DNA of 64,000 bases from an uncultured Acidobacteriota bacterium. GTDB lineage: Bacteria; Acidobacteriota; UBA6911. How positions within the stretch are numbered: position 1 is the first letter of the stretch; the number at the start of each line of letters is the position of its first letter. Location of the stretch: contig CAWEJX010000008.1 in NCBI GenBank assembly GCA_963809485.1, forward strand, positions 609,699 through 673,698, in the 5' to 3' direction. The position numbers were made by a program, and so were the translations under genes. The notes beneath the pieces are model-generated. The model saw only the letters and a program-made list of their open reading frames with translations. It was not told where the DNA came from and made no database searches. This document shows, piece by piece, positions 21,487 through 31,089 of the stretch.

Positions 21487-21973
21487 AGTAGTCCAGGGCG
21501 ACATCACGGACCAGAAGGTCGACGCGATCGTGAATGCCGCCAACAGCAGCCTGCTCGGCGGAGGGGGAGTGGACGGCGCCATTCACAGGGCCGCCGGGCC
21601 TGCCCTGCTCGAGGAATGCCGCGGGCTCGGAGGCTGCCCGACCGGGGCCGCCAAAATGACCCGGGGATACAACCTGCCCGCAAAGCACGTCATCCACACA
21701 GTCGGCCCCGTGTGGCGGGGCGGCAGCCACGACGAGGACCGCCTGCTGGCCGAGTGCTACCGCAACAGCCTCCGGCTGGCCCGGGACAGCGGGCTTCGCT
21801 CGATCGCCTTCCCTTCCATCAGCACCGGCGTCTACGCCTTCCCGGTGGAGCGGGCCTCGAAAATCGCCCTGCACGAAATCCGGGAATTCCTCGCCCAAAA
21901 CGCGCTCCCCGAAAAGGTCGTCATCGTCTGTTTCGACAAGTTCACTTATCAGTCTTACGCCGACTTACGCTGA
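21464..21973 (+). CDS. Macrodomain O-acetyl-ADP-ribose deacetylase (YmdB-like)
   Basis: '[24 protein letters not shown]', '[13 protein letters not shown]'. Confidence 0.95.
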   Translation: MEQNDRIEVVQGDITDQKVDAIVNAANSSLLGGGGVDGAIHRAAGPALLEECRGLGGCPTGAAKMTRGYNLPAKHVIHTVGPVWRGGSHDEDRLLAECYRNSLRLARDSGLRSIAFPSISTGVYAFPVERASKIALHEIREFLAQNALPEKVVIVCFDKFTYQSYADLR

Positions 21974-22059
21974 TAAAAACGCTGACGCACGCGGAAAAAA
22001 TATATACATATTTTTTTGTCAGCGTATGTCGGCGTCCTGTCAGCGTAAGTCAGCGTTAA
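21956..22059. repeat. Complete ACGCYGAC palindromic element
   Basis: 4+4 motifs; encodes the ADLR* end of the macrodomain ORF. Confidence 0.93.
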
Positions 22060-22149
22060 GGTAGATTGAATTTCGCTTGCCGGAATCCCATAATAGGAGT
22101 GGCCTGCGCAGCAGTATGTGTCGATGGAGAAGGTGGAATAAGGTTTGAT

Positions 22150-25100
22150 ATGAAGGTTTACTCGCTATCCAGCAGCCTCAATGGCTCCCCGCAAATCAGA
22201 GACCCTAAAGAAAATCCGGTTGGCCGTGCGCCCCGCAAGCCGCTTCCGCGATGGGCGAAGCGCACCCTGGTGACGCTGCTGATCGTGGTCCCCATCCTTT
22301 ATGAAGTGCGGACGTCGGCGGTGCAATCGTGGATACTGTCGAGCTTCGCCCGGAAGATGTCCTACCGCGTCGAACCCGGCCCGAGTTCGAGCATCGTTTT
22401 CCCGAAATACGGCCCTTTCAACATCCGCGCCGGCTACGCCCTGATACCCGAGTTCGTGCGGCGATTGCGCGAAGCCGGCTTCGACATCAGCGCCCAGGCT
22501 CGATTTTCGCCCGTTCTCAGGCGCGCGGTGCGCTGGGGCATCCTCCCACCCTACCCGGAACCGGCCTCGACCCGGTTGAACATCTACGGCGTGGACAACC
22601 AGGCGCTTTTCAGGGCTCCCGTGGTCGGCGAATACTTCAACAGCTTTCAGGACATTCCCCCGCTCGCGGTCCGGAGCCTGCTGGTGATCGAAAACCGGGA
22701 ACTGGAAGAGCCCTCCGATTACCGGACCAACCCGGTGGTGGACTGGGAGCGGCTGGCCAAGGCCGCCATCTTTTATGCAGGCAACAAGCTGGGCCTGCCT
22801 CTGCCGGTCCAGGGGGGAAGCACGCTGGCCACCCAAATGGAAAAATACCGGCACTCCTCCGAGGGCCGCACCGACACGGTTCTGGCCAAACTGCGCCAGA
22901 TGACCGACGCAAGCCTCAAGGTCTATCAGAAGGGCCCGGACACGCGCGAGGAGCGCCGCCAGATCGTCCTGGACTACTTCAACACCATCCCGCTGGCGGC
23001 AGCGCCCGGCTACGGCGAACTGCACGGCCTGGGCAACGGCCTGAACGCCTGGTTCGGGCTCACTCTTCACGACGTGCAGAAAAGCCTCGCCCTGCCCGAC
23101 GGCAATCCTGAGAAAACCAGGGCGCTCAAGTGCGTGCTGGCCCTGCTGTGCTCGGTCAAGGCGCCGACCTATTACCTCACCCACAACCGCGAGGCGCTCG
23201 ACGAGCGTGTGAACTTTTTTGTGCGCCTGCTGGCCAAGATCCAGGTCCTTCACCCGGAATTCGCCGGACAGATCGAAGCGCAGCCCATAGTCTTTTCCGT
23301 CCGCCCGCCCCGGATCGTCGTCACCCCATACGCGGAGCGCAAGGCAGTCAACGAAATACGGTCCAAGCTCGTGCATCTCCTGGGACTGCCCAGCCTGTAC
23401 GAACTCGACCGGCTGCACCTGGACGTTGAAAGCACGATCCACCGGGAAACGCAGAACAGCGCCATCAGCCTTTTCAACCGGCTGCATGACCCGAAGTTCC
23501 TCGACACCGCCGGATTCCGCGGCCCGAGGCTGCTGGAATCGGGCGATCCCGAAAAAGTGATTTACGGGATGATCCTGTTCGAAAAAACGCCCCGGGGCAA
23601 CATGCTGCGGGTGGTCACGGACAATCTCAACGCGCCCTTCGACATCAACACGGGCATGAAGATGCAGCTGGGCAGCACCGCCAAACTGCGCGTGCTGGTC
23701 CACTACATGGACATCGTCTCTTCCCTGCACGCCCGCCTCTACGGGCTGGACGCCGAGGAGCTGCGCCGCCAGGCTGAAGCGGCCCGCGACCCGATCACGC
23801 GCTGGGCCGCCGAAACGCTGAGCCAAAACAAAACGGACCTGAGCGCCTTCCTCGGGCTGGCCCTGGACCGGAAATATTCCGCCAATCCCGCCGAGGGATT
23901 TTTCACCGGCGGCGGCATGCACTATTTCGATAATTTCGACCCCAAGCACGCCGGGCGCATCATGACCCTGCGCGAGGCGACCCAGTTTTCGGTCAACCTC
24001 GTGTACATCCGCCTGATGCGCGACATCGTGCGCTACTACGAGGCCCTCCTCCCCTACGACACCCACTCCATCCTTTCGGATATCAATAATCCTATCCGGC
24101 TGAAGATGCTGAGGGAGATCGCCGACGGGGAATCCAGGTATTTCCTCAGCCAGGCTTACAGGGAGATGCGGAAACGCCCGGCGCAGGAAATCATCGCGAA
24201 AGTGCTGGGCCGCAATGCCCGGTCCGACCGGCACCTCTCCATCCTTTTCTATGCCTGGAACGCGGGAGGCAGCGAGGATGCGCTCGGGCGCTATCTGCAA
24301 AAATACCTGGGCGCGGCCACGCCCGAGCAGATAAGCAAAATGGCGAAAGCCTACGGCAATCCCAATCTGAACCTGTCCGATTACGGGTACCTGCTCGGGA
24401 TTCACCCGCTCAGGGTCTGGTGCGCCGGGCGGCTGGCAAAGGATCCCGCGGCGGCCTGGGGTAAGATCTGGAACGACAGCACAGGGGCCAGGCGCATTTC
24501 CGACGCGTGGCTGTTCAAGACGCGCAACCGCGCCGCGCAGGATTTGCGCCTGCACACGCGCTTCGAGCAGGACGCTTTCACGCTCATCACTCCCGAATGG
24601 AAGAAATTCGGGTTCCCCTTCGACAAGCTGGTCCCCTCGCTCGCGACCGCGATCGGAAGCTCCGGGGACCGGCCCGAAGCTCTCGCGCAGCTGATGGGCA
24701 TGCTCGTGAATGAGGGCGAGATGAAACCGACGGTCCGCATCACGCGGCTGCACTTTGCCGGCAACACGCCTTACGAGACCACTCTGGAGCCCCCGGTGGC
24801 GAAGTCCACGAGGGTGCTGGCGCCGGAAGCGGCCCGCGCCATTCTGCCCGCCCTGGCAAAAGTGGTCGAGGGCGGCACCGCCGCGCGGCTCGCCGGAGCA
24901 TTCAAGGTCGGCGACAAGGTCCTGACCGTCGGGGGCAAGACCGGGTCCGGCGACAACCGCCGCGAACAGTACGGCCGGCGGGGCCAGGTGATAGCGTCCC
25001 GTCCGACGGACCGGACGGCCGTATTTGTTTTTTACATCGCGGACAGGTATTACGGGGTGATGACGGTTTTTGTCCCGGGCGAAGAAGCCGGCGATTACAC

Positions 25101-25230
25101 GTTCACCAGCTCATTGCCCGTCGCCATTCTGAGGAGCCTCGCCCCCGACATCCTGCACCTCTGGCCCCAGCCCCCCAAGGCTCCATCCAAAGACGTCGCA
25201 CAGGTAATAATTAACGCTGACGCACGCTGA
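22150..25230 (+). CDS. Large transglycosylase/transpeptidase (class A PBP-like) protein
   Basis: 'IENREL', 'QGGSTLATQMEK', 'LGSTAK' (SxxK), 'SVN', 'GKTGSG'. Confidence 0.85.
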   Translation: MKVYSLSSSLNGSPQIRDPKENPVGRAPRKPLPRWAKRTLVTLLIVVPILYEVRTSAVQSWILSSFARKMSYRVEPGPSSSIVFPKYGPFNIRAGYALIPEFVRRLREAGFDISAQARFSPVLRRAVRWGILPPYPEPASTRLNIYGVDNQALFRAPVVGEYFNSFQDIPPLAVRSLLVIENRELEEPSDYRTNPVVDWERLAKAAIFYAGNKLGLPLPVQGGSTLATQMEKYRHSSEGRTDTVLAKLRQMTDASLKVYQKGPDTREERRQIVLDYFNTIPLAAAPGYGELHGLGNGLNAWFGLTLHDVQKSLALPDGNPEKTRALKCVLALLCSVKAPTYYLTHNREALDERVNFFVRLLAKIQVLHPEFAGQIEAQPIVFSVRPPRIVVTPYAERKAVNEIRSKLVHLLGLPSLYELDRLHLDVESTIHRETQNSAISLFNRLHDPKFLDTAGFRGPRLLESGDPEKVIYGMILFEKTPRGNMLRVVTDNLNAPFDINTGMKMQLGSTAKLRVLVHYMDIVSSLHARLYGLDAEELRRQAEAARDPITRWAAETLSQNKTDLSAFLGLALDRKYSANPAEGFFTGGGMHYFDNFDPKHAGRIMTLREATQFSVNLVYIRLMRDIVRYYEALLPYDTHSILSDINNPIRLKMLREIADGESRYFLSQAYREMRKRPAQEIIAKVLGRNARSDRHLSILFYAWNAGGSEDALGRYLQKYLGAATPEQISKMAKAYGNPNLNLSDYGYLLGIHPLRVWCAGRLAKDPAAAWGKIWNDSTGARRISDAWLFKTRNRAAQDLRLHTRFEQDAFTLITPEWKKFGFPFDKLVPSLATAIGSSGDRPEALAQLMGMLVNEGEMKPTVRITRLHFAGNTPYETTLEPPVAKSTRVLAPEAARAILPALAKVVEGGTAARLAGAFKVGDKVLTVGGKTGSGDNRREQYGRRGQVIASRPTDRTAVFVFYIADRYYGVMTVFVPGEEAGDYTFTSSLPVAILRSLAPDILHLWPQPPKAPSKDVAQVIINADAR

Positions 25231-25296
25231 CAGGACGCCGACGTACGCTGAAAAAATTTATATAAATATTTTTTTATCCGCGTATGTCAGCGTTAA
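25211..25296. repeat. ACGCYGAC palindromic element (right arm shortened)
   Basis: Encodes the NADAR* end of the PBP ORF. Confidence 0.92.
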
Positions 25297-25371
25297 TAAT
25301 AATTTCACTGTTATTACAACCTTCTCGCGTATACAATACGCCCGCTTTTACTGAAACAAGGAGGTGCGGCA

Positions 25372-25500
25372 ATGTCGAATGGCACCGGCCGCTACGCTAA
25401 AAGAACCTGAACCTTAGTCCCGGCTCGCGGGGCTGCGAGCCAACCTTCAGGATCCCCGGAGCGTCAGCGGTTTTTGGAAATCAATTCACCCTCGATGTAA
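25372..25500 (+). CDS. Candidate 42-aa selenopeptide / leader ORF (MSNGTGRYAKRT-U-TLVPARGAASQPSGSPERQRFLEINSPSM)
   Basis: AGGAGG 7 nt before ATG; in-frame TGA 25408-25410; GGCTCGC/GCGAGCC hairpin starting 11 nt after the TGA. Confidence 0.5.
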
Positions 25501-25603
25501 CCCCCTTCCGAATCTCCCGTTGCCCTCCGGATCCCGAAACTAATTCATTCGCCCGCCGCGCGGACGTGTGTTTGCGCGCGCTGTGCGAACCGGAGGAAAT
25601 GCA

Positions 25604-26884
25604 ATGGAAGCAAAAAACTACAATGAAATGTGGAAGAGCCTTGGAATGGACCTCAAAGCCCATGAGGGGCTTTTGGGCGTTCTCGGCAAGGCTTACTCGG
25701 ATACTTTCCTGTCCCAGAAAAACCGTCCCGCCGGCATGGGGTACCTTGATTTCGTCATGAGCGAGATCCACGGCCTGCGCATCGAGGAGCTGGTCGAAGC
25801 CAGGAAGCGGGGGCGCAAAGTGATCGGCACTTTCTGCCTGTACGTTCCGGAAGAGATCATCCTCGCGGCGGACGCCATTTCCGTCGGCCTGTGCGCCGGC
25901 GCCGACTTCGGAACAGACCTGGCCGAACAGGTCCTGCCGCGCAACACCTGCGCCCTGATCAAATCCTTCGTCGGCTTCAAACTGGCCGGCGTGTGCCCCT
26001 ACGTCGAGGCCTGCGACCTCGTCATCGGCGAAACCACCTGCGACGGCAAGACCAAAGCCTATGAGGTCTTCAGCCGGTATGCGCCCACTTTTGTGCTTGA
26101 AGTCCCGCACATGAAAAATCCGCAGGACGCCGTGCTCTGGCGCAGCGAAATCTCGAGGCTGACCGGCAAGATCGAGGAGATCACCGGCAAGAAGATAACC
26201 GCCGAGTCGCTCAAAACCGCCGTTGGGACCGTCAACGCCAAGCGCAAAGCGCTGCACCGTCTGAACCGGCTGCGCGCGGCCGACCCGGCGCCCATCTCGG
26301 GGCTGGACAGCCTGCTCATCAACCAGGTTCAGTTCTACGACGACCCCGTGCGCTTCACGCAAAAAATCAACGAACTCTGCGCCGAACTGGAAGACCGCGT
26401 GGCGCGCAAAGCGGGCGTGGCGCCGGCCGGAACGCCGCGCATTCTCGTCAGCGGCTGCCCGATGGCGGCCCCGAACTGGAAGGTGCCGAACATCATCGAA
26501 AAGAGCGGCGCCGTGATCGTAGGCGAGGAATCGTGCGTCGGCGAGCGGGGCACGCGCGGCCTGGTCGATATCGAGGGCGCCGCGACTCGCGACGAAATCC
26601 TCGACCGCATCGCCCAGCGTTATCTGGGGATCGACTGCGCCATTTTCACCCCCAACAGCGAACGCATCGGCCACATAACGGAAATGGTGGAGAAATACCG
26701 GGCCGACGGCGTGGTGCACTACGAGATACAGTTCTGCACGCCCTACACGATGGAGTCGCTCGGAGTCCGCAACGCCATGAGCGACAAAAACATCAATTTC
26801 CTGCGCCTGGAAACCGATTACGGGCTGGAAGACGCCGCCCAGTTGCGGACGCGCGTCCAGGCCTTTCTCGAGCTGATCAAGTAA
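25604..26884 (+). CDS. Double-cubane cluster protein (DCCP; 2-hydroxyacyl-CoA dehydratase D superfamily)
   Basis: 'GTFCLYVPEE', 'GLCAG', 'RNTCALIKS', 'CPY', 'GETTCDGK', 'SGCP', 'EESC', 'QFC' Cys pattern; GGAGG RBS. Confidence 0.85.
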   Translation: MEAKNYNEMWKSLGMDLKAHEGLLGVLGKAYSDTFLSQKNRPAGMGYLDFVMSEIHGLRIEELVEARKRGRKVIGTFCLYVPEEIILAADAISVGLCAGADFGTDLAEQVLPRNTCALIKSFVGFKLAGVCPYVEACDLVIGETTCDGKTKAYEVFSRYAPTFVLEVPHMKNPQDAVLWRSEISRLTGKIEEITGKKITAESLKTAVGTVNAKRKALHRLNRLRAADPAPISGLDSLLINQVQFYDDPVRFTQKINELCAELEDRVARKAGVAPAGTPRILVSGCPMAAPNWKVPNIIEKSGAVIVGEESCVGERGTRGLVDIEGAATRDEILDRIAQRYLGIDCAIFTPNSERIGHITEMVEKYRADGVVHYEIQFCTPYTMESLGVRNAMSDKNINFLRLETDYGLEDAAQLRTRVQAFLELIK

Positions 26885-26892
26885 ATATTTAT

Positions 26893-27642
26893 ATGCGTAC
26901 CGCAGGACTGGACATAGGCTCCCGGAGCATCGAGCTTGTCGTGGTGGAGAATCCCGCCGGGGAAATCGTGGCCGCGCAGGAAACGGAAACCACGCCCGAA
27001 ATGGAAATCGTCTGCCGCGACATGCTCGCCGGGGTTTCGTTCGACCGCCTCATGGTGACGGGCTATGGCCGGACGATGGCCGAGGTCGCTTTCGGATTCC
27101 CCTCGGTCACCGAAATCAAGGCTTACGCCCGCGGCGCCCAGGCCCTGGTTCCCGGCTGCCGCACGGTGCTCGATATCGGGGGGCAGGACACCAAGGTCAT
27201 CGCACTGGACGGCGCCGGCCGCGTGCTCAATTTCGAAATGAACGACCGGTGCGCGGCCGGCACCGGGCGTTTCCTGGAGATGATCGCCAGGGCTCTCAAC
27301 TACGGGATTGGGAACCTGGGGGCCGGGGCTCTGTCCGGCGACGACGGTGTGCAGATCAGCAGCATGTGCGCCGTCTTCGCCGAATCGGAGGTGGTCGGGC
27401 TGCTGGCGCGCGGCGCCCGCCGGCAGGATATCGCCCTGGCGGTTCACCGAGCCATTGCGGCGCGTGCCGGCAGCATGCTGGCAAGGCTGGGCGTCCAGCT
27501 CCCGGTGGTTTTTGCCGGGGGAGCGGCCCGGAACCGCTGCCTCAAGAAGCTGATAGGAAATTTGGTCGGCGGGAACGTAGTGGTCCCGGGCCAGCCCCAG
27601 ATGCTGGGTGCCCTCGGCGCCGCGCTCATTGCCGGGGATTAA
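26893..27642 (+). CDS. ASKHA ATPase activase (DCCP-R / HgdC-BadG type)
   Basis: 'GLDIGS', 'TGYGR', 'DIGGQDTK', 'MNDRCAAGTGRFLE', 'SMCAVFAESE'. Confidence 0.93.
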   Translation: MRTAGLDIGSRSIELVVVENPAGEIVAAQETETTPEMEIVCRDMLAGVSFDRLMVTGYGRTMAEVAFGFPSVTEIKAYARGAQALVPGCRTVLDIGGQDTKVIALDGAGRVLNFEMNDRCAAGTGRFLEMIARALNYGIGNLGAGALSGDDGVQISSMCAVFAESEVVGLLARGARRQDIALAVHRAIAARAGSMLARLGVQLPVVFAGGAARNRCLKKLIGNLVGGNVVVPGQPQMLGALGAALIAGD

Positions 27643-27746
27643 GGCTGACGTACGCTGACAGAACGCTGACATACGCCGATAAAAAAATATATATATAAAT
27701 TTTTTTCGGCGTGAGTCAGCGTTATGTCAGCGTACGTCAGCGTTAA
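27640..27746. repeat. Complete ACGCYGAC palindromic element between convergent genes
   Basis: Both termini are the TAA stop codons of the two convergent flanking genes. Confidence 0.95.
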
Positions 27747-30130
27747 AAAGCGGGACGTATGTCGCCTTCGGCCGTCTTCCAGTGCGGCAGCCAGACCAGC
27801 GCGACCAGGCGGACGGCGACGTCGGATTTCTTCGGCGTCTGCGTACTCACATCAATCTTCTGCGCCGACGGATCGGCGGACGCTTCCAGGGCTTTCGTCT
27901 CCTCCGCAAACTCCGCCTCCAGCTGCGCGCGCTGCCGGCGCAGCACATCCAGGTTTTCCGAAGCCGATTCGATCTCGGCGCGCTCCTTGGCCGTCTGCAT
28001 GCCCCGGCGCACGGCGGTCCCGGCGCGCCCGATGTTTCCGGTAGAAAGCGTCTTCCTTCCCAGGAAAGCCCCGAGCAGCGTGGCGCCGATGGACACAGCG
28101 GTCTGAACGCCCGCCTGGCGCATGTCCGCCTTTTCCTTGTCCACGCGCTGTTCGGCGCGGCGTATGCGGTCGTCCAAAGCCGAGATTTTCGTCGAGTATT
28201 TCGCCCTCAACGCATCGACCGCCTTGTCGCGCTTCTCGCGCGCCGACTGGCTGACGCGCACCCGGAAATCGCCCTCGGATTCCCCCGGGTTCGAGGTCAG
28301 CCTGAACTCCGGGCTGCGGTACTGGTCCACCTGCGTCGTGCGATAGAGGAAATCCGCGAAATCCCTGGCCCAGGCTTTGTAGTTCTCCGGCTTGAACGCC
28401 GGCGCGGCCGGCGGGGAGAATTCCGCCGGCGAGACCGGCTCCTTCTCCAGGCGCGTGTCGTCGAAAGCGCCGGCCTGCGCTTCATCCCAGTTGACCGAGA
28501 CGGCCGCGTCGGCGATTTCAGCAACGAGGATCCTGTGCAGGTCCTGGCCGGCGCCGAAATGCACGTCGCCCACGCCGCAGGCGGCGGGCTTGTACATGGC
28601 TTTTGCCCCGGACGGTTTGATTCCACGCAGCGGCACGAAGAATTCGGGCACCTGGGGCGGCAGACCGGGCCGTTCGGACGACAGGTTCGCCGCCGGCACC
28701 GGCCGCAGCCGGATACTGCCGCAGGCGCCGGTCCGGCCGGGGCGCTCAAGTTGCTTGATCTGCGCCAGAGTCAGCGGCCCGCGCAGGTACGAAAGGCACC
28801 AGCGCGTCTGAAAGATTTCGGGAGCGTCTTCGTGGATGTTCTTCATCAGGAAAACGCGTTTGCCGAGCGCGGAAAGCGACTTGCGCAAATCAAAGTCCTG
28901 GCCGGCGGCGCCGGAGCCTATTCCCTGCACCAGGCGGTCGATGTCCTGGGCGGTCTGCAGGCGGCCGATGAACCAGGTCCCGGCATTGGAGAGCGCCTTG
29001 TAATCCAGGTCCACGGGATTCTGGGTGGCGAGCAGCACGCCGACGCCGAAGGCGCGCGCCTGCTTGAACAGCAGCATCAAAGGCTTCTTCGAAGGCGGGT
29101 TGGCGACCGGCGGAAGATAGCCGGCCACCTCATCCATGTAAACCAGCGCCCGCAGGCTGGTCGTGCCGGGCTGCGAGCGCATCCAGGCCACGACGTTATT
29201 GAGCAGCAGCGTCACGAAAAACATCCGCTCGGTGTCCGAAAGATGCGCGATGCTGAAAATGGAGACGCGCGGCTTTCCCTCGGGCGTGTACAGCAGGCGG
29301 CCGACATCCATCGGCTCCCCTTCCATCCAGGGCGCGAACCCGGGCGCGGCCAGCAGGTTGTTCAAAGCCATGGCGAGCTCGAAGCGGTCTTTGACGGGGA
29401 AAAACGAATCGGTATCGAAAGCCCCGACGCGCTGAAAGGGCGGCGTTTGAATAGAGCGTATGAGCGAGGCAATGTCCACGTCCTGGCTTTGACCCCAGTG
29501 GTATTGAATGATGTTGGAGATCAGGATGTGCTCGCGGCTCCTGATCGGATCGCCCTCAATGCCGATCAGGCTCAGCAGCGCCGTGGCCGTCGACGTGATG
29601 AGGTCCGCCGTCGCCTCCCGGTCCTCGAGCGCAGCCGCGGACGGGCAGGCGAAGCTGTTGAGCACCGAAATGGATCTCCCGGAAGTGCTGCCGGGAGTGT
29701 AAATGGAAAACTCCGCCGATTCCTTCAGCTTGAGGATGCGCTGCCCGTCCTGTCCCCATTGCTCCAGGCCTTTCTTCCACATCTCCGCCTGGCCGGCGGC
29801 GTACTGCTCCGGCGGCTGGCCGGCGCGCGCGGCGTCGTCGGCGTTTATCCAGGGCAGGAATTCGGCGGCGCTGAGGCCGGGGAAGCCGAGCAGCAGGTTC
29901 CCCATGTCGCCTTTCGGATCGATGACGAGCGCCGGGATCCGGTCGATGGCGGCTTCCTCGAGCAAATCGATGCACAGCCCGGTCTTGCCGCTGCCCGTCA
30001 TGCCCACGCACACGCCGTGGGTCACCAGGTCCTTGGAGTCGTACAGGACCAGGTCTTCCGCCGGCTTGCCCGATGCCAGGTCGAAGCGGCGCCCCAGGTA
30101 AAACTGTCCCAGCTTTTCGAAGTCTTCCAT
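27743..30130 (-). CDS. HerA/DUF87-DUF853-like P-loop ATPase with C-terminal coiled coil
   Basis: 'HGVCVGMTGSGKTG', 'IDPKGD', 'YMDEVAG', 'QARAFG', 'ATQNPVDLDYK'. Confidence 0.85.
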   Translation of the reverse strand: MEDFEKLGQFYLGRRFDLASGKPAEDLVLYDSKDLVTHGVCVGMTGSGKTGLCIDLLEEAAIDRIPALVIDPKGDMGNLLLGFPGLSAAEFLPWINADDAARAGQPPEQYAAGQAEMWKKGLEQWGQDGQRILKLKESAEFSIYTPGSTSGRSISVLNSFACPSAAALEDREATADLITSTATALLSLIGIEGDPIRSREHILISNIIQYHWGQSQDVDIASLIRSIQTPPFQRVGAFDTDSFFPVKDRFELAMALNNLLAAPGFAPWMEGEPMDVGRLLYTPEGKPRVSIFSIAHLSDTERMFFVTLLLNNVVAWMRSQPGTTSLRALVYMDEVAGYLPPVANPPSKKPLMLLFKQARAFGVGVLLATQNPVDLDYKALSNAGTWFIGRLQTAQDIDRLVQGIGSGAAGQDFDLRKSLSALGKRVFLMKNIHEDAPEIFQTRWCLSYLRGPLTLAQIKQLERPGRTGACGSIRLRPVPAANLSSERPGLPPQVPEFFVPLRGIKPSGAKAMYKPAACGVGDVHFGAGQDLHRILVAEIADAAVSVNWDEAQAGAFDDTRLEKEPVSPAEFSPPAAPAFKPENYKAWARDFADFLYRTTQVDQYRSPEFRLTSNPGESEGDFRVRVSQSAREKRDKAVDALRAKYSTKISALDDRIRRAEQRVDKEKADMRQAGVQTAVSIGATLLGAFLGRKTLSTGNIGRAGTAVRRGMQTAKERAEIESASENLDVLRRQRAQLEAEFAEETKALEASADPSAQKIDVSTQTPKKSDVAVRLVALVWLPHWKTAEGDIRPAF

Positions 30131-30143
30131 CGCATCCCCCTAA

Positions 30144-31089
30144 TTAACGCTGACGTACGCTGACATAACGCTGACATACGCTGAAAAAAATATATATAAA
30201 TTTTTTTATCAGCGTAAGTCGGCGTCAGGTCGGCGTACGTCAGCGTTATCTGGCAAACATATACGTAAGCTTCAGGATCACCGCGCGGTCTATCAGATCG
30301 CCGGAAACGGAATTTCGCCGATCACTGACATACGCTGAAAAAATATATATAAATTTTTTTTGTCAGCGTAAGTCGGCGTCAGGTCGGCGTACGTCAGCGT
30401 TATCTGGCAAACATATACGTAACCTTCAGGATCACCGCGCGGTCCATCAGATCGCCGGAAACGGAATTTCGCCGATCACTGACATACGCTGAAAAAATAT
30501 ATATAAATTTTTTTTGTCAGCGTATGTCAGCGTCAGGTCGGCGTACGTCAGCGTTATCTGGCAAACATATACGTAAGCTTCAGGATCACCGCGCGGTCTA
30601 TCAGATCGCCGGAAACGGAATTTCGCCGATCACTGACATACGCTGAAAAAATATATATAAATTTTTTTTGTCAGCGTACGTCGGCGTCAGGTCGGCGTAC
30701 GTCAGCGTTATCTGGCAAACATATACGTAAGCTTCAGGATCACGGCGCGGTCTATCAGATCGCCGGAAACGGAATTTCGCCGATCACTGACACACGCTGA
30801 AAAAATATATATAAATTTTTTTGTCAGCGTAAGTCGGCGTCAGGTCAGCGTACGTCAGCGTTATCTGGCAAACATATACGTAACCTTCAGGATCACCGCG
30901 CGGTCCATCAGATCGCCGGAAACGGAATTTCGCCGATCACTGACATACGCTGAAAAAATATATATAAATTTTTTTTGTCAGCGTATGTCAGCGTCAGGTC
31001 AGCGTACGTCAGCGTTATCTGGCAAACATATACGTAAGCTTCAGGATCACCGCGCGGTCTATCAGGTCGCCGGAAACGGAATTTCGCCG
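30144..31089 (-). repeat. Tandem array, 6 units of ~154 bp (DUF5916 gene 3' end + palindromic element)
   Basis: TTATCTGGCAAAC recurs at 30246, 30400, 30554, 30708, 30861, 31015. Confidence 0.95.

Noticed and set aside
22165-24753. Long antisense ORFs (also 27782-30163, 30985-33219, 3815-5194, 35839-37260)
   Set aside because: Shadow frames of GC-rich genes with clear motifs on the opposite strand.
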